Shown in pieces: positions 39,128-51,600 of a stretch of DNA of 64,000 bases (positions are counted from its first letter, which is position 1; each line of letters begins with the position of its first letter). The notes under the pieces are model-generated. The model was not told where the DNA came from. It saw nothing but the letters and a program-made list of their open reading frames with translations, and did not search any database. Origin of the DNA: the human T2T-CHM13v2.0 reference genome, Homo sapiens; assembly GCF_009914755.1 (NCBI RefSeq), contig NC_060947.1, one strand, 5' to 3'. The translations under genes were made by a program, and so were the position numbers.

Positions 39128-40155
39128 AAATGCGTTTTTTTGTGTGTGTGTTGATCTTGTATCCTAACTGAACTCCTTAGTCACAGGAAAGATTTTGTAG
39201 TTGTTGATTGTTTACTTTTGTTTTTGTTTTTTGGTAAGTTTATTGGGATTTTCTACATAGCCATTCATGCCATCTGCAAATGAGGGCAATTTTATTTTTC
39301 CTTTTCCAATCTGTATGCCTTATTTGTTTTATTTGCCTTAATACAATAGCCAGAACATCCAAGACTATGTTGAATAAGAGTTGTGAGAGTGGACATGTGT
39401 GCCTTTTCCCAGTCTTAGAGAATTAGCATTCAGTCGTTCACAATTAGGTATGATGTTAATTGTACATGTTTCAAAGATGCCCTTTATCAAGCTTATGAAA
39501 TTCTCTTCATAGTTTTCTGAGTTTATCAGGAATGAATGTTAAATTTTGTTAAATGCTTTTTTTTCTCCATCAGCTGATGTGATCATTTCATTTTGCTTTC
39601 TTTAATCTCTTGACTGGTGGATTATGTTTGTTAGTTTCAAATGTTGAACCAGACTTGCATTCTTGGAATGATCCGCATTTGGTAATGGCATATAACTCTT
39701 TTTTTATGCATTGTGGGATTCAGTTTGCTAATACTTTTGGTGAGGAATTTTGTATCTGACTTGATGAGAAATATTGGTTTGTAGTTTTCTTTTTTTGTTC
39801 TGTCTTTGGTTTTAGTATCAGAGTAATAATGACCTCATAAAATGAGTTGGGAAATGTTCTCTCCTTTTCTATTTCTGGAAGAAATTGTGTAAAATTGGTG
39901 TGAATTCTTCTTTACATTTTTGGTAGAATTGTCCAGTGAAACTGCCTGGACCCAGAGATTTCTTTTTCCGAAAACTTTAAATAATAAACTGCATTTCTTT
40001 AATGGGTATAGGATTATTCATATAACCTATTTCACCTCTTTTAAAGTTTTGATAGTTTGTGGTTTTTGAAAAATTGGTCCGTTTTTTCTAAGTTGTTGAA
40101 TTTGTGATGGTAAAGTTATTCCTAGTATTCTTATTTGTAATTATTTTATTATGAT

Positions 40156-40231
40156 TATATATATATATATATATACATATATATATACATATATATACAC
40201 ACACATACATACATACACACAGACATATATA
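40156..40231. repeat. Compound (TA)n/(CATA)n/(CA)n microsatellite
   Basis: Read directly. Confidence 0.9.
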
Positions 40232-40471
40232 TTACCGATTTAACCATTTATAAGTGTACAATTCAGTGACACTAACTACATTCACGGTGTTGTGCAAACA
40301 CCATCATTATCCGTTTCCAGAGTTTTTTTCTAATCATCTCAAACAGAAACTTTGTACCCATTAAATAAAAATTCCCCATTCCCCCCTCCTTTCAGCATCT
40401 TATAAACTTCTGTCTCTATGAATTTGCCTATTCTAGGTACTTCATGTGAGTGGAATAATACAATAATTTGG

Positions 40472-40472
<1 letters not shown>

Positions 40473-40510
<38 letters not shown>
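40473..40510. repeat. (TG)19 microsatellite
   Basis: Read directly. Confidence 0.95.
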
Positions 40511-40513
<3 letters not shown>

Positions 40514-41886
40514 CTTATTTCACATAGAATAATGCTTACAAGGTTCGTCCATGCTGCAGCCTATATCAGAACTTCATTCATTTTTAAGGCTGAATAGCGT
40601 TCCATTTTATGTATGTACCATATTTTGTTTATCCATTAATCCTTTGATGGACGCTCAGATTGTTTTTTCTTTTGGGCTATTATGAATGCTACTATGAACA
40701 TTCACGTGTAAGTTTTTGTATGAACTTGTCTTCATACATTTCTCTTGTGTGTATACCTAGGAGTAGAACTGCAGGGTTATATAGTAGCTCTATAATTTTT
40801 TGAGGAAAAGAGACACACTGTTTTTCCATTACAGGTGCACCATTTTATATTCCCACCAGCAATCTATGAGAGTTCCAATTTCTTCATATCCTAGCCAATA
40901 TTTGTCATTTTCCTTGTTTTTGATTATAGCCATCCCAGTAGGTGTGAGGTGGAATCTTGTGGTTTTGGTTTTCATTTCTCTAATTACTAACGATGTTGGC
41001 CTCTTTTAATGTGCTTATTGGTCATTTATACATCTTCTTTGGAAATATGTCTATTCAAGTACTTTGCCTTTTTTTAAATTTTAGAACATACTCATGTCTA
41101 TTAGCTGGCTTATACTTGAGAAAGCAAAGGCAGGTGCACCAAGAGCTGTTTGACAAAGTCTCAGATATCAAAAAATAATAGTATTTATCTGTCTGCCCTA
41201 CTCAGAGGGCACTTACATCCACTTCTAGGTGACTGTCTTCTGGAATGCAACCATTTGGTTTATGACATTGCACTGTTGTTGTATTGCACACAGAGTGCAG
41301 GCCTGTGTGCATCTAGTATCAAAGAAGTGGTCCATTAAACACCAAAAGCACTAGTTCTAAATGTCAAATTTGAATGTTAGTAACTAGCAAATACTAATTA
41401 CGTAATAGAACGGTCAGAAAAACAACAAGCTTTGAATACTTTGTAAACTACAGGCTCTTATAAAATATAGGCTCTTAAGAGCTGCTTCCAACTTATTTCC
41501 TTCCTTTGCCAAAGCCTGTGCATTCATGCCAAATCAAGTACCTATAACACAACACTTATTGTGGTAAAAACAGATAACATAAAATTTACCATTTCAACCA
41601 TTTTAAAGTATACAGTTCAGTAGTGTTAAGTATATTTACATGTTTGTGCAACAGATCTCCAGAACTTTTTCCCACTTGCAAAATTGAAACTCTGTATTCA
41701 TTAAACAACTCTCCAACTCTCCTTTCCCCTAACCCCCGGAAAGCACTATTTTACTTTTTATTTCTATGAATTTGACTACTGTAAATATGTAATATAAGTG
41801 CAACCACGTGATATTTGTCTTTTCGTGACTGACTTATTTCACTTAGCAGATGTCCTCAAGGTTCATCAAAGTTTTCATTAGTAGTA

Positions 41887-42804
41887 TGTATTAGTCCATT
41901 CTCACATTGCTATAAAGAACTATGTGAGACTGGGTAATTTATAAAGAAAAAAGGTTTAATTGGCTCACAGTTCCACAGACTGTACAGGAAGCATGGTTGG
42001 GGAGGCCTCAGCAAGCTTACAATCATGTCAGAAGGCAAAAAGGAAGGAGTTACATCTTACATGTCCAGAGCATCAGGAAGAGAACAAAAGGGTAGGTGGT
42101 ACACACTTTTAAACAAGATCTCATGAGAACTCACTCACTGTCATGGGAACAGAAAAAGGGAAATCTGCCCCATGATCCGATCACTTCCCACTAGGCCCCT
42201 CCTCCAACACTGGTGTATTAGTCAGGGTTATCTAGAGGGACAGAAGTAATTGAATATATATTCATAAATATATATATATATATATATATATAGAACATAT
42301 ATAGAGAGAACTATATATATAGAACATATATATATATACACACATATATATGGAGAGAGAGAGAGAGATTATTATTAAGTATTAACTCACACAATCACAA
42401 GATTCACACAATAGGCTGTCTGCAGGTTAAGGAGCAAGGAAAGCCAGTCTGAGTTCCAAAACTGAAGAACTTGGAGTCTGATGTTTGAGGGCAGAAAGCA
42501 TCCAGCTTGGGAGGAAGATGTAGGCTGAGAAGCTAGGCCAGTTTCACGTTTTCACGGTTTTCTGCCTGTTTTATATTTGCTGGCAGCTGATTAGATTGTG
42601 CCCACCAGATTAAGGGTAGGTCTGCCTTCCCCAGCCCACTGACTCAAATGTTAATCTCCTTTGTCAACACCCTCACACACACACCCAGGATCAATACTTT
42701 GAGTCCTTCAACCCAATCAAGTTGACACTCAGTATTAACCATCACAACTGGGGATTACAATTCAACATAAGATTTGGGTGGCGACAAAAATCCAAACCAT
42801 ATCA
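41887..42804 (-). mobile_element. MSTA/MSTB-like MaLR solo LTR interrupted by MLT2A1
   Basis: TGTATTAGTCCATTCTCACATTGCTATAAAGAA...CCAAACCATATCA; perfect TSD TAGTA at 41882-41886 and 42805-42809. Confidence 0.9.
42214..42746 (-). mobile_element. MLT2A1-type HERV-L solo LTR with expanded (TA)n(GA)n tract
   Basis: TGTATTAGTCAGGGTT...ATTAACCATCACA; perfect TSD ACTGG at 42209-42213 and 42747-42751. Confidence 0.9.
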
Positions 42805-43710
42805 TAGTATGTTACAGAATTTTCTTCCTTTTTAAAGATGAATAATATTCCATTGTATGTATATATCACATTTTGTTCATTCATCCATCACTGGATGCTT
42901 GGGTTGCTCCCACCTTTGGCTTTTGTTAATAATGATGCTACGAACGTTGGTCTACAAGCATCTATTTGAGCTCCTGCTTTCATTCAGTTCTCTTTGGTAT
43001 GTACCCAGAAGTGGGATTGCTGGATCATGTGGAAGCCCTATTTTTAAGTTTTTAGGAACTGCCATATTGTTTTCCATATCGGCTGCACCATTTTAAAATC
43101 CCATCAACAATCCACAAGGGTTCAGATTTCTCTACATCTTCGCCAACATTTGTTATATTCTGATTTTTATTTTATAGTAGCCATTCTAATGGGTGTAAGA
43201 TAATATTTCATTGTGGGTTCAATCTGTATTTCCCTAATGATTAATGATATTGAGCATTTTTTCATGTGCTTTTTTGTCATTTGTATATTACCTTTGGAGA
43301 AATGTCTATTCAAGTTCTTTGCACATTTTAAATTTATTATTTGGTTTGTTTCATTGTTGTTTTGTTGTAGGAGTTCTTTATTATTCTGGGTATTAACCCT
43401 TTATCAGATATATAATTTGTAAATGTTTTCTACCATTCCATAAGTTGCCTTTTCACTCTGTTGATATTAATTTTTGATGCACAAAAGTTTTTAAGTTTGA
43501 TGTATTACCATTTGTCAATTTTTGCTTCTGTTGCCTGTGCATTTCATGTCATAGCCATGAAATCACTTCCAAATCCCATGTCACGAAGATTTGGTCTATG
43601 TTTTCTTCTAGGAGTTTTATATTTTGGGGTCTTACATTTAGGTCTTTAATCCATTTTGAGTTATTTTTTGTATATGATATAAGATAAGGGTTCTTTTGTA
43701 TGTGAATGTC

Positions 43711-44710
43711 TATCGGGGGAAACCAGCCCCCAATATTTCAACATAAGTTCTTTTCTATTTTCCCTAAGTGTCGGCTGGTCTGAGAAATAAAGGGAAAGAG
43801 TACAAAAGAGAGAAATTTTAAAGCTGGGTGTCTGGGGGCGATATCACATGTTGGCAGGTTCCGTGATGCCCCCTGAGCTGCAAAACCAGCAAGTTTTTAT
43901 TAGTGATTTTCAAAGGGGAGGGAGTGTACGAACAGGGTGTGGGTCACAGAGATCACATGCTTCATAGGGCAACTAAAGATCATAAGGCAGAAGGTCAGGG
44001 CGAGATCACAAGGTCAGGGCAAAACTAGAATTACTAATGAAGTTCCATGTCCCGCTGTGCATGCATTGTCATTGATAAACATCTTAACAGGGTTCAAGAG
44101 CAGAGAATCAGTCTGACTAGAATTCGCCAGGCTGGAATTTCCTAATCCTAGCAAGCCTGGGGGCGCTGCAGGAGGCCAGGGCATGTTTCATGCCTTATCG
44201 GCGACTGCATAAGGCAGACACCCCTACAGCAGCCATTTTAGAGGCCTCCTCCTGGGAATGCATTCTTTTCCCAGGGCTGTTAATTATTAATATTCCTTAC
44301 TGGGGAAATAATTCAGCGATATTTCTCTTACTCGTTTTTGGCAATAAGAGAAATATGGCTCTGTCCTGCTCGGCTCCAGGCAGTCAGACCCAATGGTTAT
44401 CTCCCTTGTTCCCTGAACATCGCTGTTATCCTGTTCTTTTTTCAAGGTGCCCAGATTTCAGACTGTTCAAACACACATGCTTTATGAACAATTTGTGCAG
44501 TTAATGCAATCATCACAGGGTCCTGAGGAAACATACATCCTCAGTTTATGAAGATGATGGGATTAAGAGATTTAAGTAAAGACAGGCAAAGGAAATTATA
44601 AGAGTATTGATTGGGGAAGTGATAAATGTCTATGAAGTCTTCACAATTTATGTTCTTCTGTCACGGCTTCAGCAGGTCCCTCCATTCTGGGTCCCTGACT
44701 TCCTACAACA
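43711..44710 (-). mobile_element. MER11 (MER11A-like) ERVK solo LTR
   Basis: Minus-strand start TGTTGTAGGAAGTCAGGGACCC..ATGGAGGGACCTGCTGAAGCCGTGACAGAAGAACATAAATTGTGAAG; 6-bp TSD AATGTC/AATATC. Confidence 0.9.
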
Positions 44711-45779
44711 AATATCCAGTTTTGCCAGAACCATTTTTTGAAAAGACTCTCCTTTTCCCCACTGAGTGGCCTTAGCATTTGTGGAAGATAATTTAACCAT
44801 ATATGTGAGGATTTATTTCTGGTATTTCTATTTTGTTTCATTGGTCTGCATGTCTGTTTTTATGCTAGTACTACATTGTTTTAATGCTAGCACTACATTG
44901 TTTTAATTACTATAGCTCTGTCTCGGACTTCCAGTACTGTTTTGAATAGAAATGGTGAGAATGAATATCTTTGTCTTATTCCTGACCTTACATGAAATGC
45001 TTTCAATCTTTAATCATTGAGTATGATGTTAGCTGTGTACTTTTCCCATTTTTAAATTAGGTTTTTGTCTATTTGTTGTCGAGTTTAGGAGTTCATATAT
45101 CTGAGACAGTAGACCCTTATTAGATAAAAGTTGTCAAATATTTCCCACCATTTTGTGGGTTGTCTTTTCACTTTATTTGGTTCTCTTTCTACACTGCCAT
45201 CCCAAGTTTCCATATCTGAGAATGTTTTTATCATTTCCTTGCTGGAATTACAGTGTTATCTCAAGTGTGGTTATTTGTTAGTAAGGTCTTTATTTGTGAG
45301 TGAAAAGAGCATGAGACACATCTAGTCAGCCATCTTCATAATGTCTCTTTTTCACTTTCTTAATAATGAGCTTAGATACATAAAAGTATTTAATTTTAAT
45401 GAAGTTCAATTTATCTATTTACTGCTTTGTGGTTTGTGCTTCTTGTGTCCTCTACAAATGCATTGCTAAACCCAAGGACATGAAGATTTATATCTTTTTT
45501 TAACAATAGCTTCACAGTTTTATCTATTATATCTGGGTCGTTGATCCATTTGAGTTAATTTTTGTATATGTTGTGGGGTAAAGATCCAACTTCGTTATTT
45601 TGCATATGCGAATTCAGTTTTTCTAGCATCATTTTTAAAGAGTTTTTTTTTTTTCACTCACTGAATATACCCAGCTTTGTCAAAAAAAAAAAAAATGGCC
45701 ATAGGTGTGTTGGTTTGTTAGGACTCTCAGTTCTATGTCACTGGTCCATATGTCTATCACTATGTGAAAATCACACTTT

Positions 45780-48690
45780 TAAAAAATTTATACAAATTTA
45801 TAGGGTACATGTGAAATTTTGTTACATATATATACTGTGTGGTGATCAATTCAGGGTGTTTAGGGTTCCCATCAAGTGAGTATAATACAGTTTTGTTAAC
45901 TGTACTCACCCTACTCTGCTATCAAATATTGGATATATTTCTTCAATCTAACTGTATGTTTGTACTCATTAACCCACTTTTCTTCAACCTCCTCAATTCT
46001 CCCATTCACCCTTCCCAGATATAGTTTGGATATCTGTCCCTTCCAATCTCAAGTTGAAATTTGATCTCCAGTGTTGGAGGAGGTTCCTCATGGGAGGTGT
46101 TTGAGTTATGGGGATGGAACCTTCATGAATGGCTTTGTTCCATCCCCACGGTAATGCCTGAGTTGTTACTCTATCAGTTCATGGGAGATCTGGTTGTTTA
46201 AAAGAGTATGACACTGTTCCCCACCCTCTCTTTCTTCCTCATCCCTGATCATGTGTTGCCTGCTCTGCTTCACCTTGCATCATGATTGGCAACTCCCTGA
46301 AACTTTCACTAGAAGCAGATGTTAGTGCCATGCTTTTTGTACAGCTTGCAGAACCAGGAACCCAATAAACCTACTTTTTAAAATAAATTACCTAGCCTCA
46401 GGTAGAGTAATGCAAATGGACTAAGGCATCAGTATCTGTTATCTATCTTTTCACTCTCTACTTCCATGTAATCAAACTTTTTAGCTCCCATATATGAGTG
46501 AGAACATGTGATATTTGTATTTTTGTACCTGGCTTATTTCTTTTAAGATAATGACTGCTAGTTCCATCCATGCTTTGCTGCAAATGATATGACTTCATTC
46601 TCTCATATAGCTAAATAGTATTCCATTATGTACACATACCACATTTTCTTTATCCATTCATCCATTGATGGACATATTGATGGAGTGCATGTATTATTTG
46701 ATATATTTCTTTCCCTTCGAATAGATACACAGTAGTGGGATTTAATGGTAATTTTACTTTTATTTTTTGAGATGTCTCTCTACTTCTTTCCACAGCAGCT
46801 GTACTAATTTACATTCCCACCGACAGTGTATAAGAGTTCTGTTTTCTCTGCATCCTTGACAGCATATGATTTTTTTGTATTTTTAATAATAGCCATTCTG
46901 ACTGGGGTAAAATAATATCTTATTGTGGTTTTGATTTGCATTTCTCTAATGATTAGTGATGTTGAGAATTTTTTTATATACCTGTTGGATATATACCTGT
47001 TTATATATTCTTTTAAGAAATGTCTATTCATGTTCTTTGCCCAGTTTTATTCTGCATGTGGCTTTGCAATTTTTCTAGCAACTTTTATTAACGAGGGTGT
47101 CTTTCCCTCAGTGTAAGTTCTTGTTGACTTGGTTGAAGATCAGTTGGCTGCAAATATGTGGTTTTATTTCTGGGTTCTCTATTCTGTTCCATTGGTCTAT
47201 GTGACTGTTTTTAAACCAATACCATGCTGTTTTGGTTACCATAGCTGTGTAATATATTTTCAAGTTTAGTAGTGTGATACCTCCTGCTTTGTTATTTTTG
47301 CACATGATTGCTTTGGCTATTTGGGCCCTTTTTTGCTGCTATAAGAATATTGGGATTGATTTTTTTCCATTTCTGTGAAGAATGTCATTGATATTTTGAT
47401 AGGGACTGTATTGAATCTGTAGATTGCTTTGGGTAGTATAATTATTTTAACAATATTAACTCTTATTCATGAGCATGGGATGATCTTTTCACTAGTTGGT
47501 GTCCTCTTCCATTTTGCTTCATTGGTATTTTGCAGTTTCCTTGAAGAGGTCCTTTACCTCCTTGGTTACATTTATTCCTAGGTATTTTTTTGTAGCTAGT
47601 ATAAATAGGATTTTCTTCTTGATTTATTTTTTCAGCTAATTCATAATAGCTATATAGATACACTGCTGATTTTTGTATGTTGATTTTGTATTCTGCAACT
47701 TTACTGAGTTTATCAGTTCTAAGAATTCTTTGGTAAACTCTTTAAGGTTTTCTAAATATAAAGTCATGTCATCTGAAAAGAGGAAATTTTTGACTTCATC
47801 TTTTCCAGTTCAAATGCCTTTTATTTCTTTCTCTTGCCTCATTGCTCTGCCTAGAATTTCCAGTGCTATGTTAAGTGAGAGCAGTAAAAGTTGGTATCCT
47901 TGTATTATTCTAGTTTTTATAGGAAATATTTTTAGCTTTTCCCCATCTGGTGTGATGTTAGCTGTGGATTTTTCATATATGCCTTCATTATGTTAGGGTA
48001 TGCTCCTGCTATGCCTACATTGTTGAGAGTTTTTATCATGTAGGAATGATGAATTTTATCAAATGCTTTTTTCTGTACCTGATGAGATAATCATATGGCT
48101 TTTGTTCTTAATTGTGTTGATGTGTTTTATCATGTTTACTGATTTGTGTATGTTGAACCATCCTTTCATCCCTGGATTAAATCCCAATTGATAATGATGT
48201 ATTATCTTTTTCTTGTCCTGTTGGATTCAGTTTGCTCTTTTGTTGAGAATTTTTCCAGCTATGTTCATCAGGAATATTGGCCTATAGTTTTCTTTTTCTG
48301 TTGTATCTTTATCTGGTTTTGGTATCAAGGTAATGCTGGCCCTGTAGAATGAGTTAGGGAGAATGTCCTCTTCAACAACCTTTGCAACAGTTTGAAGAAA
48401 ACTGGTGTTAGTTTTTCTTTATATGTTTGGTAGAAATAGGCAGTGAAGCCACCCAGTACTGGGTTTTCTTTGTTGGGAGACTTTTAGTTACTGAATAAAT
48501 CTGGTTACTCATTATTGGTCTGTTCAGGTTTTCTATTTCTTCATGATTCAGTCTTGGTAGGTTGTATGTGGCTAGGACTTCATCCATTTCTTTTAGGTTA
48601 TCCAATTTTTGGCATATAATTATTCATAATAGTCTCTTATAATCTTGTTTTATATGTGATACTAATGTCTTCTCTTTCATTTATGATTAT
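45780..48690 (-). mobile_element. L1MA-like element, ORF2 3' part and 3' UTR
   Basis: ORF2 peptides [41 protein letters not shown]. Confidence 0.8.
46017..46428 (+). mobile_element. MSTB-like MaLR solo LTR
   Basis: GATATAGTTTGGATAT...TTGAAATTTGATC.CCAGTGTTGGAGG...AATAAACCT...AATGGACTAAG.CA. Confidence 0.8.
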
Positions 48691-51600
48691 TTTAACTTTT
48701 ATTTTAGGTTCAGGGGTACATGGGCAGGTTTGTGATTAGCAATGTTGAGCACTTTTTCATAAGCTTATTGGCTGTGTGTGTATCTTTTTTTGAAAAGTGC
48801 CCATGACCTTTGCTACTTTTTAATGTTTTTTTTAACTTGTAAATTTGTTTAAGTTTCTTGTAGATTCTGGATATTAGACCTTAGTTAGATGCATAGTTTG
48901 CAAATATTTTCTCCTATTCTGCAGGTTGTCAATTTACTATGTTGATAGTTTCTTTAGCTGGGCAGAAGCTCTTTAGTTAGATCCCATTTGTCAATTTTTG
49001 TTTTTGTTGCTATTGCTTTTGGCATGTTCATCATGAATTCTTTACAAGACCTTATGTCCAGAATGTTATTTCCTAGGTTGTTTTCCAAGATTTTTATAGT
49101 CTTAAGTTTTATATGTAAGTGTTTAATCCATTTTGAGTTGATTTTTGTATATGGTGTATGGAAGGCATCCCGTTGCAGTCTTCTGCATATGGCCGGCCAG
49201 TTATCCTAGCACTGTTTGTTGAACAGGAACTCCTTTTCCCATTACCTGTTTTTGTCAACTTTGCCGAAGATTATATGGTTGTAGGTCTGCAGCATTATTT
49301 TGGGGTTCTCTATTCTGTTCCAGTTTTCCATGTCTGTTTTGTTTTTTCTAATATGCTGTTTTGTGTTTTGGTTAGTGTAGCCTTGTAGTATAGTTTGAAA
49401 TTGGGTAACGTGATACCTCCAGCTTTGGTTTTGTTTGTTGTTGTTGTTTTGTTTGTTTGTTTTTGCTTAGGATTGCCTTAGGTATTTGGGCTCTCTTTTG
49501 GTATAAACTTCAAAATAGTTTTTCTAATTCTGTGAAGAATTTCGTTGGTAGTTTGATAGAAATAGCATTGAATCTGCAAATTGCTTTGGGAAGTATGGAC
49601 ATTTTAAAGATATTGACTCATCCTGTCTGTGAACATGGATGGAATGTTTTTCCATTTGTTTGTCTCATCTCTGATTTCTTTGAGCAGTGTTTTATAATTA
49701 TCATTGTATAGTTCTTTCACCTCCCTGGTTAGCTGTATTCCAAGATATTTTATTCTTTTTGTGGCTATTGTGAATGAGATTGCATTCTTGATTTGGCTCT
49801 CAGCTTGGATGTTGTTGGTGTATAGGAATGCTACTTATTTTTCTATGTTAATTTTGTATCCTGAAACTTTGCTGAAATAGTATATCAGATCAAGTTGTTT
49901 GTCAGCTTAAGCAGCTTTTGGGCAGAGACTATGGGATAGCATTATATCTAGCATTATATTCTAGGTATAGCATTATATTATCTGCAAACAGAGATTGTTT
50001 GATTTCCTCTCTATTTGGATGCCTTTTATTCCTTTCTCTTGCCTGATTTCTCTGTCTAGTACATCCAGTACTATGTTGAATAGGAATGGTGATAGTGGAC
50101 ATCCTTGTCTTGTTCCAGTTCTCAAGTGGAATTATTCCAAGTTCTGCCCATTCAGTATGATTTTGGCTACTGCTATGTCATAGATGGCTTTTATTGATTT
50201 GAGGTATGTTCCTTGAATGCCTACTTCCTTGGGGATTTTAACATGAAATCATACTGCATTTTATCAAAAGTCTTTTCTTCATTTAGTGAGATAAGTATGT
50301 GGCTTTAAAAATAGATCTATTTATGTAATTAGTCACATTTATTCATTTGTATATCTTGAATCAACCTTGGATCTCAGGGATAGAGCCTACTTGATTGTGG
50401 TAGATTACCTTTTTGATGTGCTCCTTGATTCAGTTTGGTAGTATTTTGTTAAGGATTTTTGCATATATGTTCATCAAGGACATTGGCCTAAAGTTTTTGT
50501 TGTTGTTTTTGTTGTGTCTCTGCCAGGTTTTGCAGTCAGAATAATGCTGGCTTCAAAGAATGAGTTAGGGAGGAATCACACTTCCTCAACTTTTTGGAAT
50601 AGTTTCAGTAAGAATGCTGGTACCAGCTCTTCTTTATACACTTGGTAGAATACAGCTGCGAATCTGCCTGGTCCTGGATGGCAGGCTTTTTATTACTGAT
50701 TCAGTTTTAGAATCCATTATTGGCCTGTTCAGGGATTCAATTTCTTCATGGTTCAATCTTGAGAAGCTGTATTTTTTTCAGACATTTATCCATTTTGTCT
50801 AGGTTTTCTAGTTTGTTTACATAGAGGTATTTGTGGCAGCCTTTGAGGATTTTTGTATTTCTCTGGGTTTGGTGGTAATGTGCCCTTTGTCATTTCTGAT
50901 TATGTTTATTTGTCTAGTTATCAGTCCATCAATCTTATTTATTCTTTTAATGAACCAATTCATAGATTCGTTGATTTTTTTTTTTTTTTTTTTTTTTGCA
51001 TCTCAGTATCCTTCCCTTCTGCTCTGATTTTGGCTATTTCTTGTCTTCTTCTATCTTTGGATTTAGCTTGTTTTTGTAGTTTCTCGAGGTGTGATGTTGG
51101 GTTGTTAATTTGAGATGTTTCTACCTTTTTCATGTGGGTGTTTAGTGCTATAAACTTCCTTCTTAACACTGCTTTAGCTGTGTCCCCAAATTGAACAAAA
51201 CTAAAGAAGTGTTAAGAAGGAATGTTGTATCTTTGTTCTTAGTGGTTTCAAAGAATTTGTTAATTTCTGCCCTAATTTCATTATTTACCCAAAAGCCATT
51301 CAGGAGCAGGTTGGTTAATTTCCATGTAATTGTATAGTTTTGAGTGATTTTCTTAGTATTGGTTTCTATTTTTATTGTGCTGTGGTCCAAGAGTGTGTTT
51401 GGTAAGATACTGGGGTTTTTTGAATTTGCTGAGGATTGTTTTATGGCTGATTGTGTGGTTGACTTTAGAGTATGTGCCATGTGCTTCTGAGAAGAACGTA
51501 TATTCTGTTGTTTTTTGGGGAAGATTTCTGTAGATGTCTGTTAGGCCCATTTGGTCAAGTGTCGAGTTCAGGTCACAAATATCTTTGTTAATTTTCTGCC

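Larger units (their letters stand above)
37540..41075 (-). mobile_element. Patchwork of old L1M fragments
   Basis: Degenerate L1 ORF2/3'UTR antisense sequence (e.g. LIKEIKEDLNK peptide at 38365-38607); subfamilies not resolved. Confidence 0.75.
41555..45780 (-). mobile_element. L1MB-like element(s) hosting MST, MLT2A1 and MER11 insertions
   Basis: L1MB 3' end TTATTGTGGTAAAA...CATAAAATTTACCATT; L1 sequence resumes colinearly after each LTR. Confidence 0.75.
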
